This document shows, piece by piece, positions 48,708 to 59,035 of a stretch of DNA of 64,000 nt. The DNA is taken from the NCBI GenBank assembly GCA_020891255.1, contig BQFW01000004.1:558001-622000 (forward strand), written 5' to 3'. Under the pieces are notes generated by a model. That model saw nothing but the letters and a program-made list of their open reading frames with translations. It did no database searches and was not told the origin of the DNA. Within the stretch, counting starts at the first letter, position 1. The number at the start of each line of letters is the position of its first letter. The position numbers and the translations under genes were made by a program. This stretch comes from Entomortierella parvispora E1425 (Eukaryota; Fungi; Mortierellomycota).

Positions 48708-50232
48708 ATGAAGGTATCACCTACTGTCATAGGACTCTTGTCCTTCGTTGTAGTTTCTCAAGCGACCATATCGAGGTGAGGATAATACTAGACAACTGAG
48801 GACAATGTCAGCTGGAATCACGCAACAGAATCTCACGCTCCATCCCGCATTTTTTTTGATAAAAAAAAAAAAAAAAGAGTAAATCGTGCAGCAGAGCACA
48901 GCTTGGAGAGCGAATGGAACCAAGAGGACCTGGGTCAAATCCCATTTGGTGACCATGACACACCTCACACACGCCAGAGACACGATATTCTACTTCAAGA
49001 AGTCGAACAAGCTGTGGTATGAACGACGCTAATTCTTTACATCTATTACAAACAGAGTACGGACTGATTACTAGCAAGTTAACAGTCATCACTCAACTGT
49101 TCTGTCATAGACAATTGGCACGATCAGCATCGGTACTCCTCCGCAAACTTTCAGGGTGCAGCTTGATCTGAATAGTCCTCGTCTCTCAATCCCCTTGAAT
49201 ACCTGTGAGTTCTGCGGCTCCTCCGAGAAACCCTTCAAAAATGATCAGTCCTCCACTTACGAGGCGATCAAGACTTCTTTTGAGTCTGGTCGACCTTTAC
49301 CCAGGGTTATCTCTGAGGATGTTGTCCACTTAACAGAGGATCTCATCCTTCCTCAACAGCCCTTCGACAACCGCAATCCTTCGGGGTACTTCACTGAAGT
49401 GTATGGCACCATCGGCCTCTCCTATAACCACCAAGAATCCGGTCCCACGCCGGTTTTGACTCGATTGAAAGAGTTGGGTTTGTTGGATGAGAATGTCTTG
49501 GGGCTGTACGTCGGTTATCTAAACGACAAGACGAGCAGTGACCAAGGCTTTTCTGGAGAATTGACCATCGGAGGACTGAATCCGAATCGCTACAGAGGTG
49601 GCCATGAATTACATTGGCACAGCACGGTCCATCCAGGTCGTTGGGCTATTGGGTTGGACAAGATTATTCTCGATTGGGAGTTTCAGAAGCGAAAGGACAG
49701 GTCGGATGAAGAGGCAATTGAAATTGAATCCGATTATATGCTTCGTACAGCGGACGACAACCACAATGCACCCAGATCCCGCCGTATCATCCGTATGGAC
49801 CAGCGCCTCAACAATGGGGAGCTGGCCAAACCTATCCCGGCCTACCTAAAACCAGACAGCCTCTATACATCCCTTCCATCAAGGGCTGCTCGAGAGTTGA
49901 ACGAAGCCCTAAACTTTACAGCCTTCTCAGAGACGGGATATGGAGTCCTTGGATGCAGAGAAAAGTTGGACTGGGAAGAGTTGCCGTATTTGGGGTATTC
50001 CATAGGTGGATCCATTTATTGGTTTGAGCCACATGAGTATCTGATCCGCAATGCCCGCCACCTTCCAGACAAGTGCCACAGTCTGATTGACGGAGAAGCG
50101 AGCCAGGGTTTGGAGGGAAAATCAGATGAGGGAGCGGTCCTGGGTACTACATTCATGGGCAAGTTCTTCACTGCTTTTGACTTTGAGAACCATCAAGTTG
50201 GATTTGCGCTTGCTGCTGAACCAGATGAGTAG
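48708..50232 (+). CDS. Pepsin-family pseudo-protease (paralogue 2)
   Basis: Signal peptide MKVSPTVIGLLSFVVVSQA. Intron 1 from 48776 (frame restored with the acceptor at 48877); intron 2 49017-49110. Catalytic motifs read DLNS and KPDS; GAVLGTTFMGKFFTAFDFENHQVGFA. Confidence 0.75.
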
Positions 50233-50643
50233 ATCGTGAAGGAAGGAAGACAGCGGAAGAAGTGCGGCGTGTATTCCATCGTGCTTTCTTGTCAGAGGCA
50301 CAGTCATCAAATTAGTGGGTCTTCACTAATAAAAAGAGAGGATCATCTCATAACATTCAGGTTGAGTTTTTTTGCTGAGGGGCGGCATTGGTCAATTGGA
50401 GCCTTTGGAGAGTACGCGACTGCAACGCGTTTTGAAATTTCACGGGGGCCCATTGCCTTTGATTTTTGCCAAGAGTCGACCACACTGCCTGGGAAAATGA
50501 CAACCTCTAGGTGGCACAGCGCCGGATGCACTTACCGAAGAGTGTAGACAAAAGGAGTGCAAAGATAAAAAGGGCGCTGTCCCGTTCTTCCATCGCATCA
50601 ATCTCGACTTCATATCATTCATACAACCCGCATTCATTTGAAA

Positions 50644-52066
50644 ATGAAGGTCTCCATCGCCCTTGCAGGACTCTTGTCTTTGATTGCCGTCGCTCGTGCA
50701 GCAATTATCAGGTACATTGCTCTTTTTTCTTTCTTTCTTTCTTTCGTGGAAGTAGCGCTAACACATTACATCTCTCTTTTTTTTTCCGGAAAGATATGAC
50801 ATCGAAGCGGCCATCCCGATAGAGCTGATCAAGAGTCGTCCGCACAACGTTAATTTTTTTGGTCATGACCAAGATCCAAAACAAGACTCGAACCAAATTC
50901 CCTTTGGGGAGGAGGAAAGGCGACGACATCGGTCCAGCATTCATCCATCCATGATGCGCGAAACCCATGATCTCCCTATCGAAAATGAAGGAATCCTATC
51001 TCCCATGGTCACCATTAGCCTTGGTACTCCCCGTCAAGATTTTAAGGTCTCTCTCGATCTGGGCACGGCCCATTTCTACGTTCCCTCCTCTCACTGTCAA
51101 GCTTGTTACTTCCAGAGAAGGTACGACGGCAGTGCGTCGTTGACCCATGTCAATAACGGAACCCTCTTCGCGATCAGTGGCGCTGCTGGCGTCGTCTCGC
51201 AGGATGTTCTTCATTTGGACGATCTTCAGATCAAGGACCAACAGTTTGGTGAGGCTTTATCGCTGCTCCAATGGAACCTGTTCGGGCGCGATGGAACATT
51301 GGGTCTTGGTTACGACCCTCAAGAACCCAACAGTTCTGCGACGGGACCAGAACCGTTCTTGGTGAAGCTCAGAAGACATAGTGCGATCGACGAGCCCGTG
51401 TTGGGTCTCTATCTCGGAAACAAATTCAAGGGTCCTTACGGTGGAGGTATGGCGGGACAACTCACGATTGGAGGAGTGGACGACTACCGATTCAAGGGTC
51501 GTCTGCAATGGGTGGATGTCGTCCGCCCCGGTCAGTGGAGCGTCGATTTGAAGGAGGTGGTTATTGATTGGGACCAGAACAATAGAAAGGCCAATGAAGA
51601 CGATAACCAGATCACCCTGGTGCAAGATACGAGAATCAGCAACAGCAACAGCAACAGCAATTCGATTTGGCCATCCTCGAAATTGGTTCCGGCCCATTTG
51701 AGACCCCAAGGGGCTTACATCTCGATCCCCTCAATTATGGCCCGAAACTTGAACGAGGCTTTGGGACTGACCGAGTCCCAGACAGAAAAGAACGTTTATT
51801 ATTATTTTGGATGCTCAACGCTGGACTTTGATGAAATGCCGAATGTGGGTGTACGGATCGGCCGTGCCGTGTACTGGTTCACGCCCCAAGAGTATTTGGT
51901 GCAGAAGGAAAAGGACGAGTGCTATAGCCAGTTCTTTGGCCTGGCGAGCGGAGGGATCGAGAAGGAGGAAGACATAGGGGCGGTTCTTGGCGGCTTGTTC
52001 ATGCGCAAGTTCTTCACCGCGCTGGACTTTGAGGCGCACCAGGTCGGGTTTGCGCTGGCAAAGTGA
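50644..52066 (+). CDS. Pepsin-family pseudo-protease (paralogue 3)
   Basis: Signal peptide MKVSIALAGLLSLIAVARA; single intron 50712-50793. Motifs read DLGT and RPQG; GAVLGGLFMRKFFTALDFEAHQVGFALAK. Confidence 0.8.
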
Positions 52067-52165
52067 GAATAAGAGTACTTGCATGGATGCGACGCACGTG
52101 ACACGCGAAACTGGAATAAAAAAAACGCCGTTTTCTTGCATCGTCATGCACAAGGCACTTTGACC

Positions 52166-55009
52166 ATGCCGCAACCACAGGCACAGGCACAGCAGCAGCG
52201 GCAGGAACATCGGCAGCCGCAGCAACAGGAACAGGAGCAGCAACAACTTGAGCAAGGATCCATCACCCTGCCCATCGAGATTTTGCAGGCCATCGGCGCA
52301 TTCCTCGACCCCATCGCTCTACATCGCGCCTGCCAGGTGAATCGCTTTTGGTGCCATTGTCTTCGACCTGCGCTCTGGTTCGACATCCCAAGCAGGGCGC
52401 TTGTCTCGCGCACATTTATTGACCAATTCGCCCATTACGCCCATTTCATTCGCCATCTCGCCATCATTGTTCCAGAAGATGCTCCACAGGTCCAGGCACT
52501 TGTGAACCTTTGCTTAACTCGCCACCTGGATGAAAATCAGAGCTACCGTGCAGTAATATCAGAGTCAGTGCCGCCCAAGACCCTACTGGACTGCATCAGC
52601 CTGTCGACCATTGAGGTTGACCTGAGAAGTACCACCCCGAATCCATATCCGGACGATCTGTCAGTCACGAACCCCATCTCGGATCTACTTGAACACCATG
52701 CCAATCGCCTGCGCAAGGTCACTTTGATCGGCCTGCAAGAGCGCTGTAACAACAAACTTTTACGGGCAATCCACGGAATGCAGCACCTGAATAGTCTGTC
52801 TCTTCTTCAATGGGGATTTCCAAATCTGAATATCCTTTACGAGATACTCTTGTATTGCCAAAGCCTCCGAACTCTTAGCTTGGAGATCGACGGCGGAATC
52901 ATGGTGGAGCAACTGACACGATTCAAAGCTTGGAGGACCCGCTACTTGGTAACCCAAGAATTACTTGCGACGGGGGGGATGACAGTTGGAAGTAACAACC
53001 GCATCGATGACCTCTCTTGTTTTCGCTTGTCTGGTATCCAGAATTTGGTGCTTGACCAGTCTGTCCTCAGCATTGACCTTGTCATGGTGCTTTGCAGTTT
53101 AATGCCTGGTCTACGCTCTATCTCCATGAAGGATACCGCTGGATTAGTGGACCATGTTTCGTTTTTCGACCATGAGGAATACCTGGTGGACATTGAGACA
53201 GGAGAGGTGGAAGCAGCGGCCGATCCGACACATGGTTCGAATTTCGATGAATATGACAGCAGTGCTGAGGGATATGAGGGAGATTACTACTATAGCGGCT
53301 TAGGCGACGATCATTATCATGCAAGTGACCCAAGTATAGCAAGTGGAGAAGCAGGTGAAGGACAAGAAGTAGAAGAAGAGGAAACCGACGTCGATCTAGC
53401 CGAAGGGAATCAACCGGGATCCATTGCTCCAGTCAACATCCTCACAGGCGCACCGTACAATGATGACGATGACGATGACGATGACGAGTATATTGATTAT
53501 GACGATAGCAACAGCCTCTACGATGAATACGACTACGACGAGTACGACTATCTTTATGCTGGCGGTGTGAACATCGATAGCCTGGACGTCGAATCCCTGC
53601 GAGCTCTGGAAGCCCTGCGGAAATTCTGTCCTTTGCTAAAGCATCTTGATTTTTCGGGGTGTTCATCGGACATGCAGGAAGGATTCTATGTGCGTCTCTT
53701 GAAGCTCTGGGGTGAAAATCTGGAAGGACTCCTGGCTCGGGATACTTGTCACTTTTCCGATTCTACCTTTGAGTTGGTGGCGAATCATGGTCAAAATCTG
53801 GTTCACTTGGATTTGTCCTTCGAGGGCAGTACTCGGTCTGGTGGAATAAGCCGTGGGGTATACTACGATTCAATTTTAAGAGTCTTTGAATCTTGTCCAT
53901 TGCTGGAGAGCCTCTTCGTCGCGCCATACGTTATAGATGCGAACGAGATTGCCAAGCGGGAGGTTCCTTGGGTGTGCGTCAAGCTCCGGCACCTGAGTCT
54001 CTGTGTCGAATATAGATTGGATTCTCAGACTGGCAACGATGAGGGCCGCTATGAAGAGTCGGCAAGGATCAACCGGGAAGTGTTCCGTCAACTCGCTCTT
54101 CTTTCTGGACTGGAGACCTTGGAGATTCAAGGCGGCTGTGATTTTAACCGTCGGGCGGCGGCTGTCCTAGCCCGTGGTAGATCCTTGGGTAATGAGACGG
54201 CTGCCTTCCACAGTTATGACCTATGCCTCAAGTTCAGCCTGCAATTTGGACTGGATCAGTTGTCAACTTTGAAATGTCTGAAGTCCTTGGACATGTCTAA
54301 GCTTGGCCCCAATGGTATGAGCGAAGAGGACCTGGCATGGATAGCGCGGGAGTGGCTGGCACTGGAACAAATCGAGGGATATTATTCTTCTTCAGAACTG
54401 GAAGATATTGCCGTGAACCAGAAACGCAAAGTAGATGAGGCCATCAAGTTGGCAAGACGGGCTCAGACGAGGGAGAGCAAGGTCCCTATCGAAGGATCCA
54501 TATCGTCAGAGAGGAGTACGAAAGGATCGGACTGTATGAATCGCCCTCAGGAGGCCGAGATATGGCAATGTAGAGTACCTCTTTTGCCTGAGGCCGAGAT
54601 CTGTGCCAGCGGAAGATTGAAGTCTCTTGAGAATTCTCGATTGGACGTCATAGTGGATGCATCTGCGATGGAGCGGACCTTGGCCATGCATGATCTGAAG
54701 ATTTTTGATGAGGCCCATCCTTCAAACTCTTTGCCAGGCGCCCTCACTACGGATACAAATTCTCGGACGCCCAAGATGGTATCGGAGGACTCCCCTCTAG
54801 AGAGAGAGGATGAAAAGCAGAGTATTCTTGACCAAGTTCGAAACCAAAACCCTCTTCAGCGTGTTGTTGGATACACCCGATGTCCTGTGCAGGATGAGCT
54901 CCTGCCTAAGCGGCGACCAGGTGGAATTGCGAATGATGAACTCATGGCGAATGTGATGCGACCGCGTCAAGAGGGTCGCTCGCCTTCCCCACTGGGGACA
55001 TGGTATTGA
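52166..55009 (+). CDS. Large F-box/LRR-like protein with acidic insertion
   Basis: Intronless; Q-rich N-terminus; LPIEILQAIGAFL..LHRACQVNRFW F-box; FCPLLKHLDFS, CPLLESL, PWVCVKLRHL, VFRQLALLSGLETL, LDQLSTLKCLKSL. An upstream in-frame ATG lies at 52079. Confidence 0.8.
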   Translation: MPQPQAQAQQQRQEHRQPQQQEQEQQQLEQGSITLPIEILQAIGAFLDPIALHRACQVNRFWCHCLRPALWFDIPSRALVSRTFIDQFAHYAHFIRHLAIIVPEDAPQVQALVNLCLTRHLDENQSYRAVISESVPPKTLLDCISLSTIEVDLRSTTPNPYPDDLSVTNPISDLLEHHANRLRKVTLIGLQERCNNKLLRAIHGMQHLNSLSLLQWGFPNLNILYEILLYCQSLRTLSLEIDGGIMVEQLTRFKAWRTRYLVTQELLATGGMTVGSNNRIDDLSCFRLSGIQNLVLDQSVLSIDLVMVLCSLMPGLRSISMKDTAGLVDHVSFFDHEEYLVDIETGEVEAAADPTHGSNFDEYDSSAEGYEGDYYYSGLGDDHYHASDPSIASGEAGEGQEVEEEETDVDLAEGNQPGSIAPVNILTGAPYNDDDDDDDDEYIDYDDSNSLYDEYDYDEYDYLYAGGVNIDSLDVESLRALEALRKFCPLLKHLDFSGCSSDMQEGFYVRLLKLWGENLEGLLARDTCHFSDSTFELVANHGQNLVHLDLSFEGSTRSGGISRGVYYDSILRVFESCPLLESLFVAPYVIDANEIAKREVPWVCVKLRHLSLCVEYRLDSQTGNDEGRYEESARINREVFRQLALLSGLETLEIQGGCDFNRRAAAVLARGRSLGNETAAFHSYDLCLKFSLQFGLDQLSTLKCLKSLDMSKLGPNGMSEEDLAWIAREWLALEQIEGYYSSSELEDIAVNQKRKVDEAIKLARRAQTRESKVPIEGSISSERSTKGSDCMNRPQEAEIWQCRVPLLPEAEICASGRLKSLENSRLDVIVDASAMERTLAMHDLKIFDEAHPSNSLPGALTTDTNSRTPKMVSEDSPLEREDEKQSILDQVRNQNPLQRVVGYTRCPVQDELLPKRRPGGIANDELMANVMRPRQEGRSPSPLGTWY

Positions 55010-55016
55010 GAATATC

Positions 55017-55047
<31 letters not shown>

Positions 55048-55284
55048 CCAGCAGGCTGGAAAGAAAAATAATAAAATAGCCGGATGTCACTCTGCAGACA
55101 AGGACAAAACTCATAACAGAAGGACTTCTGTTGGCCCCGCTTCCCGTGAGAATCATATTTGACAAGTGGAGAAAAAGTTTTTTATTTCACTTCACGACTT
55201 CATCATTCCTTTGCTCAACTCTTGTTGTCATCATCGCTGCTGTTGCTGATTTGGATAGTGTGGTGATACTGATATGCCTCCGGC

Positions 55285-56889
55285 TCAAGCTGCGAAGGCA
55301 CTCCCTCCATGCTTTTTTTTTCTCTCCTGAATGATCTTGGAAAGATCTGGATGAAACATCAAGCGCTCATGCAAAGAGCAGCCAATGTCTTCCGCCATCG
55401 GGAACGCGCTGTAGAGAAAGCGAATGTCCTCAATAGAGACCTTTTCATCCTCACCATGGAACATCAAATGCGTCATGCCTCGCAGTTTTCGAATCTCGCC
55501 GAGACCAAGCCCCAGCTGCATTGAAATCGTGGGGTACGGACTGCGTTCCAGGATACTCTCGCCTCCATCCGGACCCTCGGTATCACCCATCAGATTCAGT
55601 GTCTTGAGTCTTATCAAACGAGACAACCGACCAAAGATCTCCTGATGAGCCTCCTTGTCGTAAGGATCCTTGGTATCCATGTAGATGGACAGAACCCATT
55701 CCTCCAGTCTGTCACAGATCCAAGGACATTCCTTGGTCCTCATCACGTCTGAGGCGTGGAGTCCTCGGCCCTTGATAGAGATCAGCCCCGGGCAGACGCA
55801 GAGAATTTGTTGGATCATGGCACACTTGCTGTTCTGGCATTGAGTTAAATCCAAGTTTGTCAATGTCAGGGCATGGTGGCCCATCAGCGCCTGGAAGGCC
55901 ATGGGTCCAAATTCAGTCCTTCTCAGGTGGACATCCGAGAGTCCATGAGGCAGCAGGTTCAAAAAGTCTGCAAGAACTGGGTCCATAGATCCCGGTCCGT
56001 TCAAACGCCACTCGCGCAGGCCACCAAAACGATGTCTGCCTCTTTGGATGATTTTGGTCAGAGTCTGGATCAAGAAGACCTTCATCACAGCAGAGTATTG
56101 AGCTTGGTACACAGCCTCCCAAACCAGCGATCGAAGCTCGGAGGAGCAGCCAAAGTAATTCATCAGCGCCATAAACATATCATCCTCGATATTGAGATCA
56201 GCGATAACCGCCCTCTGTAGCCTGAAAGGCTTGTTGGCATGGGCTTCGATAGGGACCCTTCCACGAAAGGTAATGGAGAGAAAGAAAATCCTCCTGAGCG
56301 AGTCTTGCGCGACAAATTCCCAGAAGGCCCTCAAGCTCTGGTCGCCGGCGATTACCGAGTGGTCTATCAGCAGCTCGGAGAGGCACGGAGCCTTGCTAAG
56401 GCTGGTCCAGAACTTGAAAGTGTCCACGCCCGAATTGAGGTTTGAAAGCTGAAGCAGCTGAACAGTCTCCCTGTGCCTCTGGATAAACCGCGGTAGAGGT
56501 CCACTCATCGCCGACCGCCAGTGAGAGACCCCCATGGCTGGACTGCCGACAATGACCAGCTTTTTCAAATTGGGGAACCTCATGGTCGCGTAGGTGCTGA
56601 GATATCTGCCGTCGGGTTCACAAATCAAAGGGAAGTTTTCAACTAGATGCGCGTTTGCCTGGACAGATTCCCTTGGGACGAGACGATCTTGGTCATCCTT
56701 AAGCTGAGGCGTGGACCATATCAGCGGTGCCAAGGTGTGGCGGAAAGCAACGCATACACGTAGACATGAGCGAAGGTCGCTGATGTTGAGAAAAGCCCCG
56801 ACCTGGAGTAGGACCTCTGGGATCTGGAGAGGGTGCACTGGTTTGGAGCCTGGGGAGGACGAGAACGCGGCGGAGGTAGAGGATGACAT
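55285..56889 (-). CDS. F-box/LRR-like protein
   Basis: Intronless, 534 aa; HPLQIPEVLLQVGAFL..LRSCLRVC..LAPLIW F-box; PWICDRLEEW, IFGRLSRLIRLKTLNL, LGEIRKLRGM. Confidence 0.85.
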   Translation of the reverse strand: MSSSTSAAFSSSPGSKPVHPLQIPEVLLQVGAFLNISDLRSCLRVCVAFRHTLAPLIWSTPQLKDDQDRLVPRESVQANAHLVENFPLICEPDGRYLSTYATMRFPNLKKLVIVGSPAMGVSHWRSAMSGPLPRFIQRHRETVQLLQLSNLNSGVDTFKFWTSLSKAPCLSELLIDHSVIAGDQSLRAFWEFVAQDSLRRIFFLSITFRGRVPIEAHANKPFRLQRAVIADLNIEDDMFMALMNYFGCSSELRSLVWEAVYQAQYSAVMKVFLIQTLTKIIQRGRHRFGGLREWRLNGPGSMDPVLADFLNLLPHGLSDVHLRRTEFGPMAFQALMGHHALTLTNLDLTQCQNSKCAMIQQILCVCPGLISIKGRGLHASDVMRTKECPWICDRLEEWVLSIYMDTKDPYDKEAHQEIFGRLSRLIRLKTLNLMGDTEGPDGGESILERSPYPTISMQLGLGLGEIRKLRGMTHLMFHGEDEKVSIEDIRFLYSAFPMAEDIGCSLHERLMFHPDLSKIIQERKKKHGGSAFAA

Positions 56890-57350
56890 GTCTTCTTGTG
56901 TGATGGAGGCAAGAGAAGGAGAACAAAGAGAGACGAAGAGAGACGAAGAAAGACCAAGAAAGCGAAGAAAGACCGGGATGATAAAGGACCACAGGACAAA
57001 AGAAGACCATCAGCAGAAGATCGCCATAGGAGCAGCGAGTGCACCTGGGACAGGCGGGCAAACAGACGAGCGTGTCTTCTGTGGATACACACACTGACAC
57101 GCACTGACACGCTGCCATGCAGCCATTCACGCAAACAGGCAGACTCGCCCACAGACACCGACAAACGGCGCGCAGTCCCTGCGTCGACCGGCAAGGATCC
57201 CGACAGGCCTGTGTCGTACGAACTGTCTTCTCAGCGACCGTTCGCTCTTATTTTGTTTCTTCCTCTGCTCTTCCTCTCCTCTTCTTTTCTTTTCTTCACT
57301 GCCCTTTCCAGTCCACCTCCACCCCTTTCCTCTCATTCTCCAGAACTTCT

Positions 57351-58844
57351 ATGAAGAGCTCCGTTGCACTCTTTGTGGGGCTGCTGTCTCTCTCTGCAAT
57401 GGCCGAGGCAGCCTTCACTCGGTAAGATATAAAAATCGTCCAAGAAAAGCCCGTGTTTTTCACCTCGTTTTCGTTCATTTTCCTTCCTAACCCTTCACAA
57501 AAGGCTGCATTTGAATAGAATCCATCCTGAAAAAGGGACTTTGAGTCTTGGCCATCATCAGGATCATCAAATCAAAAGATCTTTGAGGCCATGCACAATC
57601 ACCCACGACCCTTGGCAGCACTTATTTTGACTAGAGCCTGGTATGTGCAGTCAATTTTCCACAGGCCAGCTTTTGCTTTCATTGTCAAACCTGAATTAAG
57701 AGAAAAACAGTTTACGACCGAAATTAGTCTCGGCACGCCTGGACAGCTCTTTAAAGTACAACTTTCTACCGGCACATCCAACTTTTGGGCTCCCTCGGCG
57801 CAATGTTCTACGCCAACCTGTAGTCTCCATCCTCGTTTTGATGCTTCCCTTTCATCGACCTTTCAGACCAACGGAACCAAGTTTAAGATCCCACTGTTGA
57901 CCAGAGGCGTCTTTCAGGAGGATAGTCTTTTACATTATTCAGACAACAACAGCGGCGACGAGGGAAATTTCTTGAATGGCCAACTTGGGAACGACAAGCT
58001 CATGTTCGCAGGAGGACTGATTGAAATCCCGAACCAATCCTTTGGACAGGTCTTGGGGGAACAGACCAAGAGCGGCGAGGGGATGAAACGCGTCTTGGCT
58101 AACGATCAATTCGATGGAATCCTCGGACTTGGATATCAACCAGAAGGTCGTTTAACAGGACGGCCCTTTCTTTTGAATCTCGTCGATCAAGGACTCTTGG
58201 ATGAACCTGTCTTTGGCATCTACCTCTCAAAGAATCGCAGTGATAACGGGGAGGAGGATGATGATACCATTGGAAATCAGTTGACCTTGGGAGGACTGGA
58301 CCCATCTCATTACTCTGACGAGGGAATCGAATGGCACGAGGTGACACGGGTAGCCCAAGGCCAACGGGTGATCGAATTGACAGCCTTTGCCTTGCGTCGC
58401 GAGGCCTTTGAGATTGACGGAAATGCAATCATTGACTCTGGATTTCCCTATATTGCACTGACGCGGTACCAAGCCGAGATGATCAACATCCAGATTGGCG
58501 CTCAGGAAACAGCCCCCGCCAGTGGCCACTACGAATTGCCATGCAAGAACGTCCCAGAGTTGTTCGATTTCATCATCATGTTTGGACAAGAGTCCTATGT
58601 TCTGCATGGCAACGAATATGTCCGTCGAGGGGAAGAAGGACAGCTGCCTTCCTCTCCCTCACCTTGGTCTCGACATGGAAAGAAGAAGCGAAGCGGTGCT
58701 GCTGTTTGCCAAAGCATGATCATTGGCATGGATTTCCCAAAGGAGACCGGGATCATTGCCATTTTTGGAGAGGTTTTCCTTCAAAAGTTTTATAGCGCTT
58801 ACGACCTAGACAAAGGTCAGGTTGGATTTGCGCTGGCTACATGA
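57351..58844 (+). pseudogene. Pepsin-family paralogue 4; first catalytic Asp lost, 5' region disrupted (probable pseudogene or pseudo-enzyme)
   Basis: Signal exon 57351-57421. The frame after the first AG (57503) stops at TGA ~57628; the frame matching the conserved intron 57641-57710 contains TAG 57632-57634. Motif 1 reads QLSTGTSNFW; motif 2 IIDSG is intact. Confidence 0.55.
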
Positions 58845-59035
58845 GCAACAAACAAATACCTGCCAGCCACACCTATTCAGCCCAAACCTCATGATTGACA
58901 GACTAAAAGATGAAAAAAAAAGAACAATTATTTATTGAAAGCTACAAGATTATGTGAAATGATGATGATGATATGCAAAAAAAGAAAAAGAGCGCCTTCC
59001 TAGAAGGCAAAGAGAAGAACGAGGGAGGCTATCGT

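Noticed and set aside
55015-55046. Long poly(A) run after the F-box gene as a retrocopy tail
   Set aside because: A/T homopolymers of 10-27 nt are common in intergenic DNA throughout the window, and no TSD is evident.
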